A stretch of DNA of 64,000 nucleotides, taken from contig OZ220696.1 of the NCBI GenBank assembly GCA_965116495.1, positions 1,472,001 to 1,536,000 of the forward strand, given 5' to 3'. This document shows, one piece after another, positions 10,424 through 22,333 of the stretch. The translations under genes and the position numbers were made by a program. The stretch's first letter is position 1; every line of letters begins with the position of its first letter. Source of the stretch: Gammaproteobacteria bacterium. GTDB taxonomy: Bacteria > Pseudomonadota > Gammaproteobacteria > Eutrophobiales > Eutrophobiaceae. The notes under the pieces were generated by a model. That model had not been told where the DNA came from and searched no databases. It saw only the letters and a list, made by a program, of their open reading frames with translations.

Positions 10424-11215
10424 TTATCCTGCACCCAGGTGTTCTTGTATTTTACGCCATGGCGCGGCGCCCTTGTCTTTCAGTTCAGCCAGTTTTTGTG
10501 CAGGGAAATCGTCCGCAACTCCCGTTTTATAGGATGGACGATCGACACACCTCTCATACCAGGCCGCAACGTTTTTACGACCCAGGTACCACTCAGTCCA
10601 GCCAAATTGATACAGGGTTTGAAAATACGGCGCCATGGCCGCATCAGCCAGGGAAAACCGGTCACCCGCCAGCCAGTCCTGCCTGCTCAATAACTGTTCC
10701 ATATCCGCAATGGTTTTCTCGTATGTAGCAACGGCATCAACGACATCCGGGGCGTCATAACCCAGTTTCAGCAAGCGCCGCTGGCGTTCGCGCCGGGGTT
10801 TTTCCACAACCCGGTTTATCACGGCCTCCCGCTCCGCCTCCGACATCTGCAGGAGCTTGTCCGCCATCAGCAACGGCCATTGCAGGGCCCCGCAACTGGG
10901 ATGAACCTTGATGTCCACGTGTTTCATCCAGAAGCGCATCTGTGCCCTGTGGTAGGGATTATCAGGCCGCAGTTCCGGCCCGGGGAATTTATCTTCCAGG
11001 TACTCACAGATAATGGATGATTCGATGACCGGATTCCCCCCGTCCACCAGGGTCGGCACGACACCCAGGGGATTTAACCTGAGATACTCCGGGGTGAGGT
11101 TCTCCTTTTCCGCCAGGTTAACGTGGCGTTTCTCCCAATCAAGACTCTTTTCCGCCAGTACAATTCGCACCTTCTGGGAGCAAGGTGACATGGGATGGGT
11201 ATATAATTCCAGCAT
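10424..11215 (-). CDS. Glutathione S-transferase, long LigF/PcpC-like type
   Basis: SPCSQKVR, LNPLGVVPTL, IESSIICEYLED, FSLAD; start set at ATG 11215 (ORF track N-terminus is translated repeat). Confidence 0.85.
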   Translation of the reverse strand: MLELYTHPMSPCSQKVRIVLAEKSLDWEKRHVNLAEKENLTPEYLRLNPLGVVPTLVDGGNPVIESSIICEYLEDKFPGPELRPDNPYHRAQMRFWMKHVDIKVHPSCGALQWPLLMADKLLQMSEAEREAVINRVVEKPRRERQRRLLKLGYDAPDVVDAVATYEKTIADMEQLLSRQDWLAGDRFSLADAAMAPYFQTLYQFGWTEWYLGRKNVAAWYERCVDRPSYKTGVADDFPAQKLAELKDKGAAPWRKIQEHLGAG

Positions 11216-11239
11216 GTTGTTATTTAATGTATTATCAGA

Positions 11240-11338
11240 AGAATATGGGGTCAGGTCGCACAATGCACACTCAAAGAAATGAGTACGAAGTCTTGACAAA
11301 CCTTTGAGTGTGCATTGTGCGACCTGACCCCATATTCT
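11240..11338. repeat. REPIN/MITE-like hairpin element, copy B
   Basis: Long inverted arms; lies in the leader of the GST operon. Confidence 0.85.
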
Positions 11339-11352
11339 CATATTCTTTTCTT

Positions 11353-11384
11353 ATATCGATATTTGTTTATTTTATCGATATTTT
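11353..11384. promoter_or_regulatory. Tandem ATATCGATAT/TTATCGATAT boxes, putative GntR operators in divergent promoter
   Basis: Between divergent GST operon and gntR; same core as 998-1015. Confidence 0.6.
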
Positions 11385-11422
11385 GATATAGTGGCAAATA
11401 TAATCATCAATAACTTTCAGTA

Positions 11423-12133
11423 ATGCCGCCTGCACCTGCCAGAACGCTGGTTGAAGCCTCCTATAACCGGCTTCGCTCCGACATCATAGCCGGAAAACTT
11501 GCGCCGGGCGCCAAGCTCCGTATCGAGGAACTGAGGGAGGATTACCGAATCGGGGCAAGCCCGCTGCGGGAAGCACTGAACAGGCTCGCCGGTGAAGGAT
11601 TTGTCACGGTCGAGGAACAACGGGGCTTCAAGGTCGCACCCATTTCCATGAACGACCTGCAAGACCTGAGTCGCATGCGCATCATGCTGGAATGTGAAGC
11701 ACTGCGGAAAAGCATCACGAACGGTGACGATGAGTGGGAAGCAAACCTTGTTGCGGCGCATCACCGCCTGCAAAAAGCCGAACAGAGCTATGGCAGGAAC
11801 CTGGGCGAGTGGGAGCAGCGCAACGAAGAATTTCATGAGGCCCTTGTTGCCGCCTGTGCCTCCCCCTGGCTGCTACGCCTGCGCCATATACTCTACGAAC
11901 AACACAAGAGATACCGCTTCATTGCCATATTAACCCCCCAGGATAATCGGAATGTTCACCTTGAACACCTGAAAATCATGGAAACAGCCCTGTCCCGTGA
12001 CGTAGACGCTGCCTGTGCGGCAACGGAATATCATATCCAGAGAACCCTGGAAACCAGCACCCGGGTATTTGCTGAACTGGAAAAGAATCCCATCGAACCC
12101 GCCCCCCGACCAGGACAAATACATACTTTGTGA
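11423..12133 (+). CDS. GntR/FadR-family regulator with FCD domain (AphS/BphS-like)
   Basis: LRSDIIAGKLAPGAKL...GASPLREALNRL wHTH; NEEFHEAL FCD motif. Confidence 0.9.
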   Translation: MPPAPARTLVEASYNRLRSDIIAGKLAPGAKLRIEELREDYRIGASPLREALNRLAGEGFVTVEEQRGFKVAPISMNDLQDLSRMRIMLECEALRKSITNGDDEWEANLVAAHHRLQKAEQSYGRNLGEWEQRNEEFHEALVAACASPWLLRLRHILYEQHKRYRFIAILTPQDNRNVHLEHLKIMETALSRDVDAACAATEYHIQRTLETSTRVFAELEKNPIEPAPRPGQIHTL

Positions 12134-12157
12134 AGCCCGGCTATCATCGTCCGGCGA

Positions 12158-12174
12158 TTGGCATAGTAATTGCT
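12158..12174 (+). promoter_or_regulatory. Sigma-54 -24/-12 promoter (TTGGCATAGTAATTGCT)
   Basis: GG-N10-GC spacing is exact; upstream of TBDR-urease operon. Confidence 0.7.
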
Positions 12175-12219
12175 GTAGTTTAATAGATAGTTGCCGGATT
12201 ACAGTAATATTTTGTTTAT

Positions 12220-12236
12220 TGCGCCATAATTGTGCA
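12220..12236. promoter_or_regulatory. NtrC-like box TGCGCCA-TAA-TTGTGCA
   Basis: Resembles TGCACCA-N3-TGGTGCA; lies downstream of the sigma-54 box, which is atypical. Confidence 0.4.
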
Positions 12237-12320
12237 TTAATGCGTCTATATGCGCGCAGAAGCATAAAATAGGGCGTCATATGATCCCCGAAAAATTAAA
12301 AACCTGATTAAGAGCTTGCC

Positions 12321-14615
12321 ATGAAAACTTTGATATCTGTCACATACCTGATCAGCATAATTATCGTCCTGTTGCCCTTGAATGCCGTGGCGCAAGATGA
12401 AAGACCGCTGTTGGAAGAAATCATAGTCACCGCGGAAAAACGCTCCGAAAGCCTGCAGGACCTGTCCCAGGCCGTCACGGCGCTGTCCGGCGAGGACATA
12501 GATAACCGGAACATCACCAGCTTCGTGGATCTGAGCAACATCGCGCCGGGGGTGACAGTCGCCAAAAATGAAGGCTTCAAGACCGTGATCGCTATTCGCG
12601 GCGTGGGTAATGAGGCCAACCAGAACGCCATAGCCAATCCTTCCGTGTCTTATCACCTGGACGGTATTTATGTGGCCTCACCCTATGCATTGCACACGGA
12701 TTTCCTGGACCTGGAACGTATCGAAGTATTGCGCGGGCCCCAGGGAACCCTGTTCGGACAAAACTCTACTGGTGGCGCGATCAACGTGATCACCCAGGCG
12801 CCCGACACCGAGGAGTTTTCCGGTAAAGCCGATGTAACCGTGGGCAACTACAGCCTGATTCGGGCGCGGGGTTCGGTAAACGTCCCTATCAGTGACACCA
12901 TGGCCCTGCGCGCCTCCGTCGCGTCACACAACCACGACGGTTTCAGCAGGAATATCGTAATCGACCAGGAACTGGACCAGGCAGACAGTATCTCCGCCCG
13001 CGCCCGACTGCTCTGGGCGCCTGCGGATAACCTGCGCTTCAACTTCACCGCCCAGTATTACGATGAGAATACCAACGGCGCGGCGCAAAAAGGCATTCTT
13101 GACCCTACCCCCGGTGACCGTAAACTGGCGCAGGACTGGGACAACAGTTATGAACTGGAAAGCCAGTTGTACAGCCTGGTTGCCGAATGGGACCTACCTG
13201 CCTTCACGGTGCGCTCACTGAGCAGTTACCAGGACGATGATATCGCCGTGGTGCGGGATAACGACCGGCACGATTTTTTGACCCTCATCAACCAGGGCAT
13301 CTTTCTCCTGCCCAGTATCTTCGACCCCGAGACCAACCGGCAGAAGACCTTCACCCAGGAACTCAACATAATTTCCTCCGAACCTCTGTTCGGAAAGCTG
13401 GACTGGGTGGCGGGCGTTTTTTACCTGGATACGGAGGTGGATATTCTCATTCGTGAATACATAGACTTCAATACTGACGGTACCTACGGTCCCGGTACGG
13501 TCACGGTGGAGGAAGTGCTGAACTTCGGCGGGGAAGTCGGCTTCATCTCCGATTCCAAACCGGAGCGGGACTCGATCTCCGTGTACGGCCAGGGGACTTT
13601 CAACCTCACCGACAGCCTGCGCCTGGTAGCCGGCCTGCGGTATACGGATGATGAGGTTTACTCCGAGGTGACCAATTTCTTCGGCCGCGGCGGCAGCGCG
13701 GCTCTGGAGATACAAAGCGACAAGCTGACTGGCCGCGGCGTGGTGGAATACGACTTGAATGACGACACCATGGTGTATGTTTCGTACACCCGCGGCTTCA
13801 AGCCGGGCGGCAGTAACCTGACCTACGGCCGCGAGGACATCATCGCCCCCATCGTGGTGCTGCCCACCTTCAAGGATGAGACGGTTGAAGCCTGGGAACT
13901 GGGTATCAAGGCGGACTTTGCCGACAACCGGGTACGGTTGAACGCCGCGGCATTCTATTACGACTACAAGAACCTGCAATACCAGGCGACGGACCCCGAG
14001 TTGTTCGAGGGCGGTGTCGGCAACCTGCCTGAATCCGAGATCTACGGCGCAGAAGTGGAACTGCTCGGATTCATCACCGACAGTTTCAGCGTGGACGCCC
14101 GCCTGGCCTGGCTGGAAACCGAGGTGTCCGCCTCTCACCTGGCCCTGGATAACGTACGCTCGGACGATGCGACCAATGCCCTGTTGCCCGCATGCAATTT
14201 CAACATATTCTGTGATGACATCCAGCGCGCGCGCGCCGCCGCGGTGACGGACGTCAAGGGTAACGAACTGGCCAAGACACCCAATTTCACTGCGGATGTG
14301 ATGCTGCGCTACCGCGGGCGCCTGGGCAATTGGGGTGACTTCGAAGGCAGTGCACAATATATCTATCGCGACGGTTTCCAGCACCGTATCTTCAATAACC
14401 CGAAGACCGATGACGTGCCCAGCTATGACGTCGTCAACCTGATGCTCACCATCACACCGGACGCCTACCCCTGGTACGTCGACCTGATGGCGATGAACCT
14501 GGGCGATGAAGACGGCATCAATGCCCGCTTCACGGACGTCTTCGGAGTAGGCGCCACCGGGGATGAACTGATTGCACCCCGCCAGTACATGGTTCGCCTC
14601 GGCATGGAATTCTGA
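12321..14615 (+). CDS. TonB-dependent receptor
   Basis: Signal peptide, LEEIIVTAEKR TonB box, IEVLRGPQGTLFG, C-terminal F. Confidence 0.95.
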   Translation: MKTLISVTYLISIIIVLLPLNAVAQDERPLLEEIIVTAEKRSESLQDLSQAVTALSGEDIDNRNITSFVDLSNIAPGVTVAKNEGFKTVIAIRGVGNEANQNAIANPSVSYHLDGIYVASPYALHTDFLDLERIEVLRGPQGTLFGQNSTGGAINVITQAPDTEEFSGKADVTVGNYSLIRARGSVNVPISDTMALRASVASHNHDGFSRNIVIDQELDQADSISARARLLWAPADNLRFNFTAQYYDENTNGAAQKGILDPTPGDRKLAQDWDNSYELESQLYSLVAEWDLPAFTVRSLSSYQDDDIAVVRDNDRHDFLTLINQGIFLLPSIFDPETNRQKTFTQELNIISSEPLFGKLDWVAGVFYLDTEVDILIREYIDFNTDGTYGPGTVTVEEVLNFGGEVGFISDSKPERDSISVYGQGTFNLTDSLRLVAGLRYTDDEVYSEVTNFFGRGGSAALEIQSDKLTGRGVVEYDLNDDTMVYVSYTRGFKPGGSNLTYGREDIIAPIVVLPTFKDETVEAWELGIKADFADNRVRLNAAAFYYDYKNLQYQATDPELFEGGVGNLPESEIYGAEVELLGFITDSFSVDARLAWLETEVSASHLALDNVRSDDATNALLPACNFNIFCDDIQRARAAAVTDVKGNELAKTPNFTADVMLRYRGRLGNWGDFEGSAQYIYRDGFQHRIFNNPKTDDVPSYDVVNLMLTITPDAYPWYVDLMAMNLGDEDGINARFTDVFGVGATGDELIAPRQYMVRLGMEF

Positions 14616-15463
14616 TGGCGTTGTCTGCGGCGCAGTCCTGGCCGGCAAACGTCGAACTGGGCCTGCGCTCCGAAGCCGGCAGGACCCGTCTGGCGCGCTG
14701 TTCCCACAATGGCCCCCTGTATGTGCAAAGACCCTTTTACCCGGAAGGCAAGGAGCACCCCCACCTGTACCTGCTGCACCCTCCCGGCGGTATTGTCTCA
14801 GGCGATTGTCTGGATATTGAGGTTGACGTCGCCGCCGACAGCGGCGCCCTGGTCACCACGCCCGGCGCGACCCGGGTTTACCGGGCCCGTGACGACAATC
14901 CGCTACAACGCCAGCGCTGCCGCCTGCGCCTTGGTACGGATGCAGTTCTGGAATGGTTCCCCATGGAAACCATTGTGTTCGACGGCGCCTGGGTAGAGCT
15001 GGAAACAACGGTGGAGTTGGCCCGGAACAGTCGTTTTGTCGGTTGGGAGGTAAGTTGCTTCGGACTGCCTGCAAGCCAGCAACCCTTCCGTAGTGGACGT
15101 TTTTCACAGCGTTACCGTGTGCTGCAGGAGGGAACGCCGGTATTCGTCGAGAGCTTCTCCCTGGATGAAGATAATCGCGAGGCGATGCTGCACGGTCCGG
15201 CAGGGTTGTGTGGCCAACCGGTTACCGGCATTTTTCTGGCCGGGCCCATCGCTGCCGAAAAACACGCTCCCTTGCTGGAATTACTACGACAGGCAGCGCC
15301 GGAGTCCAACGTGGCGATAAGCTGGCTGGGTAACTTTCTGGTGGGACGTTATCTTGGCAACAGCGCACACAGCGCACGCAAACAGTACAGCGCCTGGTGG
15401 CGGACCCTGCGTCCGTCACTACTCGGACGCAACGCCTGTGCGCCGCGTATCTGGTCTACATAA
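14615..15463 (+). CDS. ureD: Urease accessory protein UreD
   Basis: GPLYVQRPFYPEG, LLHPPGGIVSGD, C-terminal PRIWST. Confidence 0.95.
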   Translation: MALSAAQSWPANVELGLRSEAGRTRLARCSHNGPLYVQRPFYPEGKEHPHLYLLHPPGGIVSGDCLDIEVDVAADSGALVTTPGATRVYRARDDNPLQRQRCRLRLGTDAVLEWFPMETIVFDGAWVELETTVELARNSRFVGWEVSCFGLPASQQPFRSGRFSQRYRVLQEGTPVFVESFSLDEDNREAMLHGPAGLCGQPVTGIFLAGPIAAEKHAPLLELLRQAAPESNVAISWLGNFLVGRYLGNSAHSARKQYSAWWRTLRPSLLGRNACAPRIWST

Positions 15464-15478
15464 ACAGAGAATAACAGT

Positions 15479-15781
15479 ATGGAGTTGCTGCCGAGAGAGA
15501 AAGACAAACTGCTGGTGTTTGCCGCGGCGCTGCTGGCGGAACGTCGCCTGAACAGGGGACTCAAGCTTAACTACCCGGAGGCCGTAGCTTACCTGTCGCT
15601 GGAGATCATGGAAGGCGCACGCGACGGAAAAACGGTAGCGGAATTAATGAGCTACGGCAAGAATATACTCTGTGCAGACCAGGTAATGGACGGCGTGGTG
15701 GAAATGATCAAGGATGTACAGGTAGAAGCCACTTTTCCGGACGGAACCAAGCTGGTTACCGTACATGATCCCATCCGTTAA
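15479..15781 (+). CDS. ureA: Urease gamma subunit
   Basis: [11 protein letters not shown]...LNYPEA...[17 protein letters not shown]. Confidence 0.97.
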   Translation: MELLPREKDKLLVFAAALLAERRLNRGLKLNYPEAVAYLSLEIMEGARDGKTVAELMSYGKNILCADQVMDGVVEMIKDVQVEATFPDGTKLVTVHDPIR

Positions 15782-15794
15782 TAGTTATAGCACT

Positions 15795-16120
15795 ATGATC
15801 CCTGGTGAAATCCTCGTGGCCGAGGGTGAAATCAACCTGAACCAGGGACGGGAGACCCTGACCTTGCTGGTAAAAAACAGCGGAGACCGGCCGGTGCAGG
15901 TCAGTTCCCACTACCATTTTTTTGAGACGAATCCCGCCTTGCTGTTCGATCGTGGCCGGACTCGGGGGTTTCGCCTGAATATTGCCTCCGGCACCGCCGT
16001 CCGGTTTGAGCCGGGGCAGGACCGGGAGGTGGAACTGGTCGCCTACGTCGGCATTCGCAAGGTATACGGTTTTCGAGGTGATATAATGGGCTCGCTGGAT
16101 GGAGAGTCAGCGGGTGAAAC

Positions 16121-16124
<4 letters not shown>
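15795..16124 (+). CDS. ureB: Urease beta subunit
   Basis: [28 protein letters not shown]. Confidence 0.96.
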
Positions 16125-17824
<1,700 letters not shown>

Positions 17825-17832
17825 GGAATGCC

Positions 17833-18285
17833 ATGCTGGAAGTCTATGAACTGCTGGCCCATCTGGAACCTGGTTCTGACGCCGAGGTACTGGCGCTTGA
17901 CCACCTGCAACGAGAGAAGGGCAGGTTCAAAACCTTCCTGGCTGACGGCACCGAGGTTCGAGTCTTCCTGGAGCGGGGCAACGTCCTGCACCTCGGTCAG
18001 GGACTGCGCAGCGCCTGCGGCCGGCACCTGGTGGTAACCGGAGCGACGGAATCGGTCGTCCTGGCACACACCGACGATTGGTCTGTATTCGCCAGCGCCT
18101 GTTATCACCTTGGCAATCGACATGTGCGATTGCAGATAGGGGAGCGTTGGCTGCGTATGACCCCCGATCACGTGCTGGAGGAAATGCTGGTGAAACTGGG
18201 CCTGGAGGTGGTTCACCAGGAGGCAGTTTTCGAACCGGAGTCGGGGGCTTACAGTGGAGCCGGTCATGCCCATCACCACCACTGA
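17833..18285 (+). CDS. ureE: Urease accessory protein UreE
   Basis: YHLGNRHV, FEPESGAY, His-rich tail. Confidence 0.95.
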   Translation: MLEVYELLAHLEPGSDAEVLALDHLQREKGRFKTFLADGTEVRVFLERGNVLHLGQGLRSACGRHLVVTGATESVVLAHTDDWSVFASACYHLGNRHVRLQIGERWLRMTPDHVLEEMLVKLGLEVVHQEAVFEPESGAYSGAGHAHHHH

Positions 18286-18943
18286 AAGCGCGTTACTGCG
18301 CCTGCTGCAATTAAGCAGCGCCGCCCTGCCCGTAGGGGGCTACTCCTTCTCCCAGGGCCTGGAGGCGGCGGCAGAAGAAGGCTGGTTGCGCAACAGGGAA
18401 GAGATTAATGCCTGGTTGTCATTACAGTTGAGCGAAGGTCATGCAAAGGTTGATCTGCCTTTGCTGCTGCGCCAGATGGACGCTGCCCGGCGGCGCAATG
18501 CAGGTGACCTGCGCCGCTGGAATGCCTGGATCCTTGCCTGCCGGGATACGACCGAATTGCGTTCGGCGGAGATTGCAATGGGTGAAGCCCTGTTGCGTCT
18601 GGCGCCTCCTCTTAACATTGAGGTACCCTGGCAGGCGCAGGGTGAAACTGCGTTCATTACCAGCTTTGCGATGGTGGCAACACACTGGCACATTGAGCCG
18701 CAACTCGCCTGCCATGGCTATCTCTGGAGCTGGTTGGAAAACCAGGTCGCCGCAGCAACCCGCCTGACAGCGCTGGGACAAACGGCGGCGCAGCAGTTGC
18801 TGGACAGCGTCATGGGTGAGTTGCCGGGTATCGTCAATAAGGCTGGGCAGCTTGCCGACGAGGAAATCGGCAGTTCCCTGCCGGCCCTGGCACTGGCCAG
18901 TAGCCGGCACGAGCAACAATACTGCCGGTTATTCAGGTCCTGA
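18266..18943 (+). CDS. ureF: Urease accessory protein UreF
   Basis: LLQLSSAALPVGGYSFSQGLE; C-terminal HEQQYCRLFRS. Confidence 0.95.
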   Translation: MPITTTESALLRLLQLSSAALPVGGYSFSQGLEAAAEEGWLRNREEINAWLSLQLSEGHAKVDLPLLLRQMDAARRRNAGDLRRWNAWILACRDTTELRSAEIAMGEALLRLAPPLNIEVPWQAQGETAFITSFAMVATHWHIEPQLACHGYLWSWLENQVAAATRLTALGQTAAQQLLDSVMGELPGIVNKAGQLADEEIGSSLPALALASSRHEQQYCRLFRS

Positions 18944-18984
18944 GAAGAAACCATACCAGATGATTACAGACAATCCGGAGACTT

Positions 18985-19620
18985 ATGCAAACTAAACAAA
19001 CCCTGAGGGTTGGCGTCGGTGGACCGGTAGGTTCAGGCAAGACCGCGTTATTGAAGGCATTGTGCCAGGCGCTGCGCGATCACTACGATATATGTGTCGT
19101 CACCAATGACATCTACACCCGTGAAGATGCCGAGTTTCTTACCCGCCACCAGGCGCTGGAGGCGGACCGCATCATCGGCGTAGAGACGGGAGGTTGCCCG
19201 CATACGGCCATCCGTGAAGATGCTTCGATGAACCTGGCAGCCATCGATACGCTGCAACAGCGTCACGGCGAAGTAGACCTGGTGTTTGTGGAAAGCGGAG
19301 GTGACAACCTCAGCGCTACCTTCAGCCCCGAACTCTCGGACCTGACCCTCTACGTGATAGACGTGTCGGCCGGGGACAAAATCCCGCGCAAGGGAGGACC
19401 GGGCATCACCCGCTCCGACCTGTTGATCATCAACAAGACAGACCTGGCTCCCAGCGTCGGCGCTTCCCTCGATGTCATGGATCGCGATGCCCGCAGGATG
19501 CGCAAGGACAAGCCCTTCGTTTTCTCCAATCTCAAGACCGGTGAAGGCCTTGAGGCCATCATCCGCTTTATCGTCACCGAGGGCATGCTCCCTGACACCC
19601 TGCGGGCGACATGTAATTGA
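18985..19620 (+). CDS. ureG: Urease accessory GTPase UreG
   Basis: [26 protein letters not shown]. Confidence 0.97.
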   Translation: MQTKQTLRVGVGGPVGSGKTALLKALCQALRDHYDICVVTNDIYTREDAEFLTRHQALEADRIIGVETGGCPHTAIREDASMNLAAIDTLQQRHGEVDLVFVESGGDNLSATFSPELSDLTLYVIDVSAGDKIPRKGGPGITRSDLLIINKTDLAPSVGASLDVMDRDARRMRKDKPFVFSNLKTGEGLEAIIRFIVTEGMLPDTLRATCN

Positions 19621-19632
19621 CTTTTTTCGACA
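19607..19632 (-). promoter_or_regulatory. TGTCG-N16-TGTCG direct repeat, putative GlxA/GbdR-type box
   Basis: 21-bp spaced half-sites upstream of GcvT-family genes; similar motifs at 27809, 29436, 50286. Confidence 0.5.
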
Positions 19633-19745
19633 TCGCCAACCGGCACTTAAGATGTAAATCCGATATTTGGTAGACTATACGGCTGTAACCAGACTCCCGG
19701 CAAGAGAACTCCTTATTCTTTTCACTACTGATTGCCTGGCATACA

Positions 19746-22172
19746 ATGAAGAACAGCACGGACAGTCATGCCCGCATCGTCATCGTTGGGGGCGGTATCA
19801 TGGGAGTCGGACTGCTCTACCACCTGGCTGAAGAGGGTTGCACTGACGTTCTCCTGATCGAGAAAGGCGAGCTTACCTCGGGTTCGACCTGGCATGCAGC
19901 CGGGCAATGCCCGAACTTCGTCGGTAATTACAATCTCGCCAAGATCCATGAATACAGTATCTCCTTATATAAGAGACTGGAGGAACTCACCGGACAGTCT
20001 GTCAGTTGGCACACGTCGGGCAGTGTCAGGTTCGCGTTGACCGAACGCGACTTGGACTGGTTTAAATTTGTGAAGGGGATCGCAGACAACGTCGGGTTTC
20101 ACATGGAAATCATAGGCGTCGACCGGATCAGGAAGCTCAACCCGTTCATATCCACCGACGGCGTCCTGGCCGGCGCCTGGACACGCGATGACGGTCATGC
20201 GGACCCGGCGGGTCTTACCAACGCGATGGCCCGCGGCGCGCGCAACATGGGCGCCACAATCGTCCGGCATAACCGGGTCGTCGATATCAACCCGCTGCCT
20301 TCCGGGGAATGGCAGGTGGTGACCGAGAAGGGCGTCGTCATTGCGGAAACCGTCGTCAACGCAGCCGGGTGTTACGCAAGGCAGGTGGCGCAAATGGTGG
20401 GCACGGACCTGCCCATCTGTAATATTCAACATCACTATCTCGTCTCCGGCCCGATCCAGGAATTTATCGACAGGGAGGAAGAGATCCCGGTGATGCGCGA
20501 CCCGTATGCCTCGGCCTACCTGCGCCAGGAACAGAAATCCGGCCTCATCGGCATTTATGAGCACGATAACCTTGCCGAAGCGTGGCCGCCGCAGGGGCTG
20601 CCGGAGTGGGAGTCAGACAGCGAACTGTTTGACGAGGACCTGGATCGCCTGATGCCGTGGCTGGAGCGCGCGATGGAGCGTATGCCGATCATCGAAAACG
20701 CCGGCCTCAAACGAATCGTTAACGGCGCCATTCCCCATTCTGCCGATGGCCCGCCTCTTCTGGGACCTGTAGCCGGTCTCAAGAATTTCTGGCTCTGTTG
20801 CGGTTCCTCGTTCGGCATTGCCCAGGGTGCGGGCTGCGGCAAGTACCTGGCGCAGTGGATGCTCTACGGTGACGCGGAGATCAACATGACCGGGTTCGAC
20901 CCTCGCCGTTTCGGCACCTTTGCCGATGATAGCTACATGAAGGCAAAAGGACGCCAGGATTACGGCATGACCTATTTTACCCCGCTCCCCGGTGAAGAGC
21001 TGCCCGCCGCCCGGCCGCAGCGCGTCAGCCCGCTGTACGAAAAGCTGAAGGCGCGGGGCTGCGTATATACCGAGACATTCGGCTGGGAACGGCCCAAATG
21101 GTTCTCTCCGGATGCTCGTGAAGAAGAATACGACTACCGCCGCAACAACGTATTCGACGTAGTGCGTAATGAGTGCCTGGCGGTGCGCGAGCGGGCCGGC
21201 ATCCTGGATTTATCGGGTTTTGCCAAGTACGACGTGACCGGCGCCGGCGCCCAGGCGTTCCTGGACCGTATTTGCGCCAACAGGATGCCGCAAATGAACG
21301 GCATAGTCCTTGCGCACGTACTTTCCGAAGGCGGACGTATCGGCGGCGAGATGACGATCACGCATCTTGCCGACGATCATTTCTACGTATTGTCCGCCGC
21401 CGGCGCCGAGCTGCGCGACCTTGATCATTTGATCCGGTCAGCGCAGGCAGATGAACAAGTCCGGGTCGCCAACGTCACCGATGAACGGGGTGTGCTGGTA
21501 CTTGCCGGACCGCGCGCGCGGGATGTCCTTGCCCGGCTTACGGACACACCCCTGGACAGCGGCGCGTTCCGCTGGTTGAGCGGCAGGGAAATTACCGTGG
21601 CGGGACAACCAGTCCGGGCGTTGCGGGTCAACTACGTCGGTGAACTGGGTTGGGAGTTGCACCCGCCGATGGAATACATGGAAGAGTTATACGATGCCAT
21701 TCAGGAAGCCGGCGCAGCGGCCGGTATTGCCGATTTCGGGCTGTACGCCGTCAACAGCCTGCGCATGGAGAAGGCGTACCGGGGCTGGGGGGCGGAGTTG
21801 ACCAACGAGGTTACGATGATCGATGCCGACATGGCGCGATTTATCCGGTTTGACAAGGGAGACTTCGTGGGCCGGCAGGCCACGCTGGACCAACAGGATC
21901 GAATCATGCAACTCGTGTATTTCGAGGTCGATGCAACTGACTCGGATATTCGGGGCAGTGAACCCATGTATAGGGGCGATGAATGCGTCGGAGTGACGAC
22001 GTCCGGCAGTTACGGCCATTACGTGCAAAAAAGTCTGGGCTTTGGTTACGTGACCCCGGAACTGGCCGCACCCGGCACGGAGTTGAGTATTGACCTCCTC
22101 GGAGAACGCTGTCAGGCAAGGGTACTGAAGGATCCGGCTTATGACCCTGCCAATGAACGACTAAGGATATAA
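19746..22172 (+). CDS. GcvT-family FAD-dependent oxidoreductase (dimethylglycine dehydrogenase-like)
   Basis: GGGIMG, LTSGSTWHAAG, GWERP, YVGELGWELH, SLRMEKAY; DAO plus GcvT domains. Confidence 0.9.
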   Translation: MKNSTDSHARIVIVGGGIMGVGLLYHLAEEGCTDVLLIEKGELTSGSTWHAAGQCPNFVGNYNLAKIHEYSISLYKRLEELTGQSVSWHTSGSVRFALTERDLDWFKFVKGIADNVGFHMEIIGVDRIRKLNPFISTDGVLAGAWTRDDGHADPAGLTNAMARGARNMGATIVRHNRVVDINPLPSGEWQVVTEKGVVIAETVVNAAGCYARQVAQMVGTDLPICNIQHHYLVSGPIQEFIDREEEIPVMRDPYASAYLRQEQKSGLIGIYEHDNLAEAWPPQGLPEWESDSELFDEDLDRLMPWLERAMERMPIIENAGLKRIVNGAIPHSADGPPLLGPVAGLKNFWLCCGSSFGIAQGAGCGKYLAQWMLYGDAEINMTGFDPRRFGTFADDSYMKAKGRQDYGMTYFTPLPGEELPAARPQRVSPLYEKLKARGCVYTETFGWERPKWFSPDAREEEYDYRRNNVFDVVRNECLAVRERAGILDLSGFAKYDVTGAGAQAFLDRICANRMPQMNGIVLAHVLSEGGRIGGEMTITHLADDHFYVLSAAGAELRDLDHLIRSAQADEQVRVANVTDERGVLVLAGPRARDVLARLTDTPLDSGAFRWLSGREITVAGQPVRALRVNYVGELGWELHPPMEYMEELYDAIQEAGAAAGIADFGLYAVNSLRMEKAYRGWGAELTNEVTMIDADMARFIRFDKGDFVGRQATLDQQDRIMQLVYFEVDATDSDIRGSEPMYRGDECVGVTTSGSYGHYVQKSLGFGYVTPELAAPGTELSIDLLGERCQARVLKDPAYDPANERLRI

Positions 22173-22240
22173 CGGCCTGAAACTTTAGTATTGTTCGATG
22201 AGTTATCTTGACGAAATAACCACGCAGTATCAGTCAGCCG

Positions 22241-22333
22241 CGTCATTCCGGGGGAAGCCGGAATCCAGTGAAACAGAACGCCGCCTTTGGCAGCACGTTA
22301 TTGGACTGGATTCCGGCTTCCGCCGGAACGACG
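22241..22333. repeat. Complete RPE-like inverted pair (CGTCATTCCGG..GCCGGAATCCAG / CTGGATTCCGGC..CCGGAACGACG)
   Basis: Two inverted palindromic units around a short spacer. Confidence 0.8.

Noticed and set aside
11216-11341. N-terminal extensions of GST, GlxA regulator (39787-39879) and YCF48 (4469-4579)
   Set aside because: They are translations of repeat elements; downstream starts fit the protein families better
13215-14648. Long antisense ORFs (also 1068-2255, 4819-5697, 48977-50137, 52940-53734)
   Set aside because: Shadows of well-supported genes in GC-rich DNA, with no recognisable motifs
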